DNA from: a phage
NCBI GenBank assembly: GCA_033286805.1
Contig: GCA_033286805.1_4727.1
Direction: 5' to 3' (one strand)
DNA length: 64,000 bases
The position numbers were made by a program, and so were the translations under genes. Positions 9,543-17,857 of this stretch are shown here, piece by piece (position 1 is the stretch's first letter; every line of letters starts with the position of its first letter). The notes under the pieces are model-generated. The model searched no databases. It saw only the letters and a list, made by a program, of their open reading frames with translations, and was not told the DNA's origin.

Positions 9543-9857
9543 TTATTCTGTTTTCGGTGTTGAACCGTTCTTCTTGAAGTCGGATTCGTATTTCACGTTA
9601 GAATCGAGAACCTCACGAACGGTTTTATCCGTACAACCACGGGCGATGTATGCATTAAGATCGTCGCGTAATTTACGCATCGTTGTTTTATCCGCATCAG
9701 AAACATCTGACTTGGTAAGACGGAATGCGATTGCATCACGAATTTTATTCAGCGTTGCTGGGTTATTACGCTGCTCTGCAAATACCGCTTTGATGAATGT
9801 ACCGCTATCTTTCGAAGCGATGGCTGCATCAAGAATCTCAATATGCTTTTCAGACAT
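9543..9857 (-). CDS. hypothetical protein
   Basis: 104-aa ORF. Confidence 0.45.
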   Translation of the reverse strand: MSEKHIEILDAAIASKDSGTFIKAVFAEQRNNPATLNKIRDAIAFRLTKSDVSDADKTTMRKLRDDLNAYIARGCTDKTVREVLDSNVKYESDFKKNGSTPKTE

Positions 9858-9908
9858 CTTCTTTCCTTTAATAAACGATCATCGTCATATTCATTGCGCA
9901 GGACGCTA

Positions 9909-11138
9909 TCACTTCGGAAGCTTAGACACCGCCATGCTTCGCGCCATCGCAACGTCATACGCATCCATGATTGCATCACCGATAGCGGTATGACGGATCA
10001 ACGGAATACCCATATCTGGATACTCTTTGGTGCCTAAGATGGATACCGGTTTGTCTTGATATGCGGCAATCATCGAACGAATATCCTGAACCTGGTTATA
10101 ACGGCAGATTGGTTTGAAGCCTGCCTTACGGAACCAATGTTCTAATTGAGGCCAATCTGTTTCACCACGAGCAAGATAATAGAAGGTATCCTTACCGTAG
10201 TAATCAGTAAGCACATCACGAATTGTGTTAACAAACACGTTTACTTCGGTGATGGCTTCTTTATAACCCACCACCTTACAATGTTGAAAACAATAGTCAC
10301 GCGCTTCCTTCGGTGCTTTGGTTTGCCACCATTCTACTGTTGATTCACTGATGCGACCACCGTCAGCGATTTGACCATGAATGTCAGGGAAGATATCTAT
10401 ACGCGGGCCGTTAATAACAGATTCTGGGTTAGCTAGATCGAAGAACACCATACCGATTTCCAGCAGTACCCCGTTCTTTTCCAGACTGAGATTCTCAACA
10501 TCCAGACAAAAAGCGGGCTTCTCTACCGTTGAAAAATCAAAGCGTCCCTCATATCGTGGTGCTAGCTTAGCACCAAGGAACGTCTCTTGGATGAACTGGG
10601 AGAATGTTATATTCTCTGCTACTAAATCAATACCCAATTTACTTAGCAAAGGTATAAGTTCACGGTAGTTCTGCTTAATTAGCAACATTACTTGGTCGTT
10701 GACACAACAACTAATTGAGTAAAAGATATAAAAGATATCTAACGGTTTGTATGGAGCCTCAAAAATATGTTCCTGGAACGATTGGGCCAGCGCTTTATGT
10801 GTTTCCTCACGATGATTCATCAGTCGGTAAATAGCGCAACGCAGATAATGTCGAAGTGTTATCTCGTGAAGATGCGACGTATCTTCTTGAAATAACGTCA
10901 TGAAACCGTGATACGTATAATACTCTCCTCTTTTAATTTCTTCGTGGAGTTCTTTGTTCCCCTTTATTTCTTCTGGTGTTATCGGGTCGATCTGATCATG
11001 GATAATGTTGAGTAGATCGTCGCTGTGTACCTTAAACAGTTTTTCAGCGTCAAGATTAGGTAATGTCGCAATTGCTGCGTACATTAATGTTTCTGCGGGA
11101 TTAAGTTCTTTATTGTCGATTGTGATGGTTAAAGCCAT
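9909..11138 (-). CDS. DEDDh-type 3'-5' exonuclease domain protein with unknown N-terminal domain
   Basis: C-terminal half has Exo I LDVEN and Exo III HTAIGDAIMDAYD (H-x-A-x-x-D-A) motifs; ATG at 11138 with GAGGT SD (track start 11162 is TTG). Confidence 0.55.
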   Translation of the reverse strand: MALTITIDNKELNPAETLMYAAIATLPNLDAEKLFKVHSDDLLNIIHDQIDPITPEEIKGNKELHEEIKRGEYYTYHGFMTLFQEDTSHLHEITLRHYLRCAIYRLMNHREETHKALAQSFQEHIFEAPYKPLDIFYIFYSISCCVNDQVMLLIKQNYRELIPLLSKLGIDLVAENITFSQFIQETFLGAKLAPRYEGRFDFSTVEKPAFCLDVENLSLEKNGVLLEIGMVFFDLANPESVINGPRIDIFPDIHGQIADGGRISESTVEWWQTKAPKEARDYCFQHCKVVGYKEAITEVNVFVNTIRDVLTDYYGKDTFYYLARGETDWPQLEHWFRKAGFKPICRYNQVQDIRSMIAAYQDKPVSILGTKEYPDMGIPLIRHTAIGDAIMDAYDVAMARSMAVSKLPK

Positions 11139-11163
11139 TTTATTATACCTCATCGAAATCAAA

Positions 11164-11505
11164 TTAGTTCAGTTCTGGTTTATTAGCAGCCAGACCAAGT
11201 CCAGCTAATATCACGTAGTCGTACCAAGTTTTTACTTTTGCTTTCGCTTCATCTAAACTATCTGCGTTGATGTGCTGAAACTCATCGTTGACTGGGAAAG
11301 GTAAATCGCAGTCGTAGCTGGTATAATCCTTCCAACCTTTCCATTCGATAGTTAAAGAACCAAAAACGGTCTCAGCGACAACATGGTTATAGCGACAGTT
11401 TTCACATGGCGTACGCTCTTCCGACCAAACAAGCTCATGCTGCGCTAAAAGTTGTTGTACGACCGATAACGGCTGCTCTTCATTAAGTTCGATACTGTCT
11501 ATCAT
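11164..11505 (-). CDS. hypothetical protein
   Basis: 113-aa ORF. Confidence 0.45.
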   Translation of the reverse strand: MIDSIELNEEQPLSVVQQLLAQHELVWSEERTPCENCRYNHVVAETVFGSLTIEWKGWKDYTSYDCDLPFPVNDEFQHINADSLDEAKAKVKTWYDYVILAGLGLAANKPELN

Positions 11506-12098
11506 CGCATACCCTCCTTTTCCTTATCGTAATCACTGCAAATATTGACAAACGCCGTATTATCAGACAGCCTGCTGACCATCTGACGGATTGCGGCCAA
11601 CGGTTCAAGTTTAGGATTGATTGATTCACCGGTCAACGCGCTTATCGCTCGTGTGATCTCAACCAAATCAACGTTCGGGTCTTTGTCATCAATAATGAGT
11701 AAACTCTTCGCCGGTTTCTGACGACGTTTGATGATCAACAAATACGTGATGAGGTTCTCACGCCAAGCGTCAGAATCCAGATTGCGTATCAGGGTTAACG
11801 CACGACGTTCTTCCGCCCACGATGGTTTCTCACGGATAACAGGCATGTAAGATAATTGCTCAGCAAGCCCTTTCAAGCTGACACGGTTGGTGCCGCCAGG
11901 ATGCTCGCTAATCCGCAACATCTCGGTTAACAGACGGACATAGGCGGCTGTTGTCGAAACACCCCTCAGCGGCAGAAACACATTATGTCCTGGAACCCCA
12001 TCGTGACTCAGCGGTGCGATATACGCCATGAATCGCCGAATATCATCATCGGTCTGTTCTCCAGCAACGAACTTAAACGCTTCACGTAAAACGCTCAC
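11502..12098 (-). CDS. hypothetical protein
   Basis: 198-aa ORF. Confidence 0.5.
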   Translation of the reverse strand: MSVLREAFKFVAGEQTDDDIRRFMAYIAPLSHDGVPGHNVFLPLRGVSTTAAYVRLLTEMLRISEHPGGTNRVSLKGLAEQLSYMPVIREKPSWAEERRALTLIRNLDSDAWRENLITYLLIIKRRQKPAKSLLIIDDKDPNVDLVEITRAISALTGESINPKLEPLAAIRQMVSRLSDNTAFVNICSDYDKEKEGMR

Positions 12099-12384
12099 TA
12101 TGAAGTCTCCTTAATGTTTCTTGCATACGTAGTCTCTCCGGCAGGTACAGACGTTTGTATAGATCAATTAACAGATAACGCATAACAGAAGCGACCACCA
12201 GGTATTCACCTTCAGCTTCCGAATAACGTATCATGTTAATTGGGTAATTCAAATAAGAATAAGAAAAGAGATCATCGTTGGTAAGGTGATGATCTTCAAG
12301 ATACTGACGAAACAATTTTGCTAAGGCATCGTACTCCATTCCGTAGTAACACAACGACACCTGTCTTGCAGATAGTCGTTTCAT
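12082..12384 (-). CDS. hypothetical protein
   Basis: 100-aa ORF. Confidence 0.45.
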   Translation of the reverse strand: MKRLSARQVSLCYYGMEYDALAKLFRQYLEDHHLTNDDLFSYSYLNYPINMIRYSEAEGEYLVVASVMRYLLIDLYKRLYLPERLRMQETLRRLHSERFT

Positions 12385-13223
12385 GCTGGGTTACCTTTTA
12401 GTTTTCCACGTAACATGTCGACAACGCGTGAGGGATCAGAAATAACATTGGCGATAAGATGATCGATAGGTAGGTCGAGAATGATATTCTTCAGCTGGAA
12501 AGCCGTATCTTTACGACGCACGCCGTAGAACACGCCATCTTTAAACACAACCTCGTACGAAATGGGGAGCTGGCTAATAACCGTGTTAGCGTAATCACCC
12601 AACCACATCGACCCCGCCATCAGATGCGCACAAACAGCATGACTAATACGCACATCTTTGTTCTTCCGGTTAACGTCTTTGGTTTTCGACATGGTAACCA
12701 GAAGCTCACCGATCTTACTCAGCATATCGTCGTATACCCCAAAGAACTTAATCAGTTGTCGGGCACCTAACGATATATATGTTTCTCGTGGTAAGACACA
12801 ACACACCTGCGGTAACGTTCCAACACCATAGACACAACTGTGTGGTGATAATGGAAGCAAATCAGCAACCGCGTTCTTGATGTTGTTATACTCAACGATA
12901 TCGTTGAACGGTGAAAGACCTTTCGTAATCGGTTTATCAATCGCCACATCGAACTCCGCGAACGTCCATGCTGCTTTACGCGGTTCCCCTTTCTGGTACG
13001 GTGGAGCCAGTACCGCGACAACACGAAGTCGATGTTCATGGGTATCACGTAGCTTAAGTTGGATACCCTCACCGTCACCCTCACGCACAAGTGAGTAGCG
13101 GCTTGCGCAGTCATCACATACCACCGTTGGTTCGTGTTGACCGTATGCTGCAAGCATCGGTTTACTAAGATCTTTATCACAGTGTTTACAGCGATGATCC
13201 TGTTCCTGATAACTGATTTTCAC
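12381..13223 (-). CDS. zinc-ribbon-containing hypothetical protein
   Basis: 280 aa; N-terminal CKHC...CDDC pair. Confidence 0.5.
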   Translation of the reverse strand: MKISYQEQDHRCKHCDKDLSKPMLAAYGQHEPTVVCDDCASRYSLVREGDGEGIQLKLRDTHEHRLRVVAVLAPPYQKGEPRKAAWTFAEFDVAIDKPITKGLSPFNDIVEYNNIKNAVADLLPLSPHSCVYGVGTLPQVCCVLPRETYISLGARQLIKFFGVYDDMLSKIGELLVTMSKTKDVNRKNKDVRISHAVCAHLMAGSMWLGDYANTVISQLPISYEVVFKDGVFYGVRRKDTAFQLKNIILDLPIDHLIANVISDPSRVVDMLRGKLKGNPA

Positions 13224-13238
13224 ACCGAGACCCCTTTG

Positions 13239-14195
13239 TTAATGCAAGACACGATCTGCTGGAATTATCGAGGCATTGCTGTCGGACAGATTCGTCGCTT
13301 TACGATCAGGACTGAATCGACGAGCGTTCTCTTCATGGTAGTTGACGGGGTTATCCTGTTTTAACAGTTCCATTGCCTCATCAAACGTTAGTTCCCGAAA
13401 TCCTCTTGGATAGAGGAACAGGGGTTCATCAACATCCAGCCCTTTAACAAACCCGTGTGACAACCAGACGCTACCATCAGCACTGTAAAGAACCGGCTCA
13501 ACGTCATAATCCAAGACGTATTGATACCAGTAATTAAACAGTTGGGCGATCCATCGATTACGTAATAAATAATCGATTACAACCGCACTACGCACGCTGT
13601 GGCACCAGCCGATCTTACCATCAACTTTCTGCAACAACGTACCCTCATTTGCTTGATGAATAACCGCATTAAATAACCACGCGAGATCGGTTGCGAAAAG
13701 TGCGGCTTCTTGAATATCGCTAATGTAACGCACGGGTATCGTCAGATGCGTGCGGTAATGCGACATCGCCTCTTCGTAGTTGTCTCCTTCGATGCAGAGA
13801 GTCCCGTTTGGTGACAGATGTCCCTGATTCAACGACTGACCAATATAAAGATCAGCGATCGCGTTAATATATTCGACGGTGCCCAAGGTTAACTCAGACA
13901 TAAAAGAATCGACATCAACAGCCATCGATGTGCTGGAAACAAACGGATTGGTTGGGCGAGTTGTATTAGAGAAAATAATCGACCAAATCGCTTCGTGTTT
14001 TTCATCCGATGGCATAAACGAAATATGGCGTTCCGCGCTATTATCGACAACAAATACCTTTACGGTTTTCAAGCAGTTAGTACAAACATAGCACGTGTTC
14101 GGCAACGGCATATCCGAAAACATATCGTAACGAATAGATGCCAGCGAAATGTCATGTCCGCAATGAGGGCATGTCGTATCAATAAGCGTTTTCAT
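13239..14195 (-). CDS. zinc-ribbon-containing hypothetical protein
   Basis: 318 aa; N-terminal CPHC...CYVCTNC. Confidence 0.5.
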   Translation of the reverse strand: MKTLIDTTCPHCGHDISLASIRYDMFSDMPLPNTCYVCTNCLKTVKVFVVDNSAERHISFMPSDEKHEAIWSIIFSNTTRPTNPFVSSTSMAVDVDSFMSELTLGTVEYINAIADLYIGQSLNQGHLSPNGTLCIEGDNYEEAMSHYRTHLTIPVRYISDIQEAALFATDLAWLFNAVIHQANEGTLLQKVDGKIGWCHSVRSAVVIDYLLRNRWIAQLFNYWYQYVLDYDVEPVLYSADGSVWLSHGFVKGLDVDEPLFLYPRGFRELTFDEAMELLKQDNPVNYHEENARRFSPDRKATNLSDSNASIIPADRVLH

Positions 14196-14458
14196 TATTG
14201 AATTCCTTTTGATAAGAATAACTGAATATCGGTAAACTGTTCTTCAGGAACATCGTCAGCAGCCGTTAGAACCTTAGAGCCATGTTCATTGAGGTAAGCT
14301 TCCCGTAGACAACGATGACGTCGATTGGCTTCCTGGAACTCAGTGTCCGTCATGTAAACCAGCGTAAACTTCGAACGTTTATTCGGATTGTATCTCTTAT
14401 TACGTTTCTTTGGTTTCTTCGCCATAATAGCCTCGTGAAGGTGGATGGATACACCCAT
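14195..14458 (-). CDS. hypothetical basic protein
   Basis: 87-aa ORF with KKPKKRNKRYNPNKR stretch. Confidence 0.4.
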   Translation of the reverse strand: MGVSIHLHEAIMAKKPKKRNKRYNPNKRSKFTLVYMTDTEFQEANRRHRCLREAYLNEHGSKVLTAADDVPEEQFTDIQLFLSKGIQ

Positions 14459-14473
14459 CCACCTTCCTCCATG

Positions 14474-14995
14474 TTAAAGTGCGTTCAATTCTTCAGGTGT
14501 ACGTACAGTACGCGTGTTGGGATCAACCATTGCTGGCACACCCGCTGGACATTTACGGACATCGATCCGCATCTCCGGTTCGATCGGACGAACGCGATAC
14601 GTTTTGCCATCATCGGTTAACACCGAAATGGTCAACGCTTGGTTCAATTCACTAACGAAGTTCACCAAACGTTGTTGTCCGCCCTTCGACCAGAAGTTAA
14701 GATCGGTTTCTCCATTGAAATAACTGATTCCATCAGCGGTTCCAATCGTGATTTTAACGATACCCGGATAGTCACGAAGAAGAGGTGCCTGATAACCTTC
14801 ATCTTCCGTATCCAGTTTTACCCACACGCCTCCCGTAGACAAACAGTTAACTTCCAAGGCGGTTGGTGCGCTGACTTCCGCCGATGACCAGGTATACATC
14901 GTGCCTAGTTTAGCGTGTCCGGTTTCCAGCTCGCTGTAATCCCAAGCATGTGCTGATGCCGTAACAAATAAAGCCGCAAGAAACAACTTTTTCAT
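14474..14995 (-). CDS. secreted/periplasmic protein (Sec signal peptide)
   Basis: N-terminus MKKLFLAALFVTASAHA with AHA-W cleavage-type site; 173 aa. Confidence 0.6.
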   Translation of the reverse strand: MKKLFLAALFVTASAHAWDYSELETGHAKLGTMYTWSSAEVSAPTALEVNCLSTGGVWVKLDTEDEGYQAPLLRDYPGIVKITIGTADGISYFNGETDLNFWSKGGQQRLVNFVSELNQALTISVLTDDGKTYRVRPIEPEMRIDVRKCPAGVPAMVDPNTRTVRTPEELNAL

Positions 14996-15050
14996 TCTTT
15001 TCGATTCCTATTAAAAGTGACCGATTTCTGTGGTCGAGATTGCTAATAAA

Positions 15051-15512
15051 TTAATTCCGGTTTTGTTTCCGTATTGCACGGTTACGTTTACGTTCTTGGT
15101 CTTTGACTGTACCAAGAAACTTCTTTAATTCTGACGGTTCGAGTGTACCCTCACGTACCACACCGTTTTGTTCGATATGGTACGACCAATAACCAACTTC
15201 AGCCGTTAAGGATAACGTTGTCGGTTGTTCGTCAGGTAACGATCGGGGTGAGAAAATAAAGAGTAATTCAAAAGGCGTTTCTCGGCTGATGGTGGGACGG
15301 ATACTAACGTCAAGACCCTCCCATCGCTGAGGTTTAAATATTCCTCCAGCAGCAATGATTGTCTCCGAGCGTTGATCTACAAGCTCGGCTAATTCACGAT
15401 CATCGTTGAAATAAATATCGTGAAGAATATCTGTGTCGATAAAAAACCCGCGTTCCAAATCGTGACGAACAATGGAATTCTTCATTCTGCTGCCTTTGTT
15501 GTTTGTTTTCAT
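15051..15512 (-). CDS. hypothetical protein
   Basis: 153-aa ORF. Confidence 0.45.
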   Translation of the reverse strand: MKTNNKGSRMKNSIVRHDLERGFFIDTDILHDIYFNDDRELAELVDQRSETIIAAGGIFKPQRWEGLDVSIRPTISRETPFELLFIFSPRSLPDEQPTTLSLTAEVGYWSYHIEQNGVVREGTLEPSELKKFLGTVKDQERKRNRAIRKQNRN

Positions 15513-15561
15513 GTCCTATACGAACACGAAAAACCGTTAATTTTTACCATAACCACATGCG

Positions 15562-15837
15562 TTAAAATTCCACACCGCGACCCGTCATCGACGAAGGAAC
15601 CGCGCGATAATAGAAGTAGATGTAATGGTCACGATGGCTAAAATAGTTTTTGCAAGCATAGAACTCTCCAGATCCAATGAATGATTTAATACGTGTAACT
15701 TGAGGGTGTCGTGCGATTAACGCCTGTATGACGATTTCCATTTGGTGTGCGCTCAAACCAGGTCGAGCTGCAACATGATAATGAAGCTCCCTAAGAAATC
15801 GTTTCCAGGGATCAGGTTGTGTCGATGATCGAGACAT
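15562..15837 (-). CDS. hypothetical protein
   Basis: 91-aa ORF, AAGGAG SD. Confidence 0.45.
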   Translation of the reverse strand: MSRSSTQPDPWKRFLRELHYHVAARPGLSAHQMEIVIQALIARHPQVTRIKSFIGSGEFYACKNYFSHRDHYIYFYYRAVPSSMTGRGVEF

Positions 15838-15875
15838 CTTTATCTCCTTAACGGTTGCTGGTAACGCGGCATAAA

Positions 15876-15893
15876 CCCTCCCCGAAGGGAGGG
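15876..15893 (-). terminator. GC-rich hairpin followed by TTTATGCCGCG motif
   Basis: CCCTCCC-CGAA-GGGAGGG immediately after stop of 15904-16461. Confidence 0.5.
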
Positions 15894-15903
15894 TGATTAA
15901 CGA

Positions 15904-16461
15904 TTACTCCATCCATACTTCTTCGTCGTAATGATTTTCTATCGCATTACGCCAAAAACGCACGGTGTCCAAACTAATCGGCGCATAAAAATGCTGATCA
16001 ACGCCGACATTAAGTCCGTTGGCCTTCGCTAACATACAGCGATGAATATGACCGAATAGATTGAAGTAGCCTGGGTTTCTTTCGCTGGGCTTATGGCATA
16101 GCCAGTAGGATTCGTCATTGCTAATCGGCAACACCAACGGATGTTCATAAACCGCAGCAAACCCCATACCGAGCAATTTATCACGCCATGCTTCAAAGCT
16201 TAATCCTGTTGCTTTGTATGCGTCTTCGTCCCAATTCCCCAATACCAATTGAACCTGGATATCAGAACGAATGGCTTCCACGAACTCGAACTTACCCCAA
16301 TCACCTAAATGCCATAACACACTGTTCTTTGGAAGCTTGTTGATGGCTTTCAGCATATGCTGGTTCATATCGGCGACGCTTGCGAACGGACGGCGTGAAT
16401 ACGTCCATGTACGCTCGCTATCAAAATGGGTATCCGACATAAAGAAGATGGACGGGGTCAT
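15904..16461 (-). CDS. calcineurin-like metallophosphoesterase
   Basis: Ordered motifs MSDTHFD, LGDWG, GNWDE, GHIH typical of metallophosphoesterase fold. Confidence 0.65.
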   Translation of the reverse strand: MTPSIFFMSDTHFDSERTWTYSRRPFASVADMNQHMLKAINKLPKNSVLWHLGDWGKFEFVEAIRSDIQVQLVLGNWDEDAYKATGLSFEAWRDKLLGMGFAAVYEHPLVLPISNDESYWLCHKPSERNPGYFNLFGHIHRCMLAKANGLNVGVDQHFYAPISLDTVRFWRNAIENHYDEEVWME

Positions 16462-16940
16462 TGATCTAATTGCTCCAGAAATGCACGACCCGATTTACTT
16501 GCTTTTAAATGCTGTTCTGCGGAAGTAAGCAGAAGATCGGTTGGTGTATATGCAGCGCTACCTTTCCACGCTGTTTTCAGTTTACCCTTTTCGATACTGA
16601 ACTGAATCAGTTGTTGGGTACCGAAGTTAAGCGTGTTCGTCGCGGCGCTAAATACACCACCCATCATGCTGTAACCAAAGACTTTCACGTTTTCCGTGTA
16701 GAAGTCATTGTCGATCAATTTGTTCTGGAGCTCGAGTTGGTCGGACGGCAGCAATCCCCCATCGAAGACGCTTAAAATACCAGCCAGGCGATACATACTC
16801 ACCTTTCCTGAAACGCCCACCACGTAGTTGCCGTACACGGTTTCTTCCAGTTTAGCAACAACGGTGCGATCGTCGGAGGTTTTCATCGAAACCTCAATAC
16901 CATCACCAACTTCTGTTAACGTTAAATCAACGATACTCAT
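16458..16940 (-). CDS. hypothetical protein
   Basis: 160-aa ORF. Confidence 0.45.
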   Translation of the reverse strand: MSIVDLTLTEVGDGIEVSMKTSDDRTVVAKLEETVYGNYVVGVSGKVSMYRLAGILSVFDGGLLPSDQLELQNKLIDNDFYTENVKVFGYSMMGGVFSAATNTLNFGTQQLIQFSIEKGKLKTAWKGSAAYTPTDLLLTSAEQHLKASKSGRAFLEQLDQ

Positions 16941-16962
16941 TCATTATTCTCCGCTTTCATGT

Positions 16963-17649
16963 TTAACACATGATTTCACCATGTTTCTTTTCAACATACG
17001 TATAAACGTCATCCAAATAAGCAATGAGTTTATCACGATCCGCACAGAGCGATTTAATCATCGCAATCTCTTTCATATAAAGCTGCTGACCTAACGCCGG
17101 ATAGGTAATCCAAGCGTAGCCGTCAGGCGCAAATTTAGAAATAAGATAATCGGCGGTTTCCTGTAATGCGAACTCTTTGCTCATCTGGCCGTAACGATGT
17201 TCGATTGCACGGATACCAAAACGTTCGCTATCGAGACGACCCATATCCGCCAGACGAAGCACCTGAGAAGCAACAGAACTACGTGGACCAGAGTGCGAGG
17301 CACGATGTTCAGCAATAAGTACGCGTATCTCCTCGATGTCTTCCGGTGTGAAAATATCCTGCTCGTTACGAAGCAGGATAACCGATGCACGAATACCACC
17401 GATAAGGTGGTGGTATGTTCTGTTTTCGTGGCAAGCGATATCATGCATAAAAGCAGCGGTTAATAGACGACGACGTTCCGTGGGTCTGATGATCCCAACC
17501 ACATCAGCAAGTTCATTTGCCAGTTCAACAACAGCAAGCACATGTTCTTCTTGATGTGCAAGATCGTTCTTCCGAATATTTTCAATTACTTCAGCGCGAG
17601 TTTCCTGAGATAAGAAATTTAAACAATCCAACGAATATAAAGATTTCAT
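16963..17649 (-). CDS. HD-domain phosphohydrolase-like protein
   Basis: H...HD...H...D pattern (EEHVLAV ... AAFMHDIACHE); preceded by early-promoter-like motif. Confidence 0.45.
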   Translation of the reverse strand: MKSLYSLDCLNFLSQETRAEVIENIRKNDLAHQEEHVLAVVELANELADVVGIIRPTERRRLLTAAFMHDIACHENRTYHHLIGGIRASVILLRNEQDIFTPEDIEEIRVLIAEHRASHSGPRSSVASQVLRLADMGRLDSERFGIRAIEHRYGQMSKEFALQETADYLISKFAPDGYAWITYPALGQQLYMKEIAMIKSLCADRDKLIAYLDDVYTYVEKKHGEIMC

Positions 17650-17690
17650 CGCACGTACCTCTTTGAATCTATTAATAAATTTTCTTTACT

Positions 17691-17716
17691 CACGTAAGTA
17701 ATATAGCCGTGAAAGG
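17691..17716 (-). promoter_or_regulatory. early-promoter-like motif copy 1
   Basis: Minus-strand TTTCACGGCTATATTACTTACGTG ~48 nt upstream of ATG 17649; four near-identical copies in window. Confidence 0.45.
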
Positions 17717-17793
17717 ATTTGTGTTGGTCCGTTTCGATGCCCATCGTATTTTATGGATTGTCGAATGACGTCATTTTAAGGGACATCCCCGGC

Positions 17794-17827
17794 CTCCTCC
17801 CCAGGAAAGGTGTGGGGAGGAGTTTTT
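17794..17827 (+). terminator. plus-strand hairpin plus T5 run in leader of helicase gene
   Basis: CTCCTCCCC / GGGGAGGAG 9-bp stem followed by TTTTT. Confidence 0.4.
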
Positions 17828-17857
17828 ATCATACATTCTATTAAATCGAGCGCGATT

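Noticed and set aside
12767-13180. 137-aa minus-strand ORF
   Set aside because: Nested in a different frame within the 280-aa gene 12381-13223.
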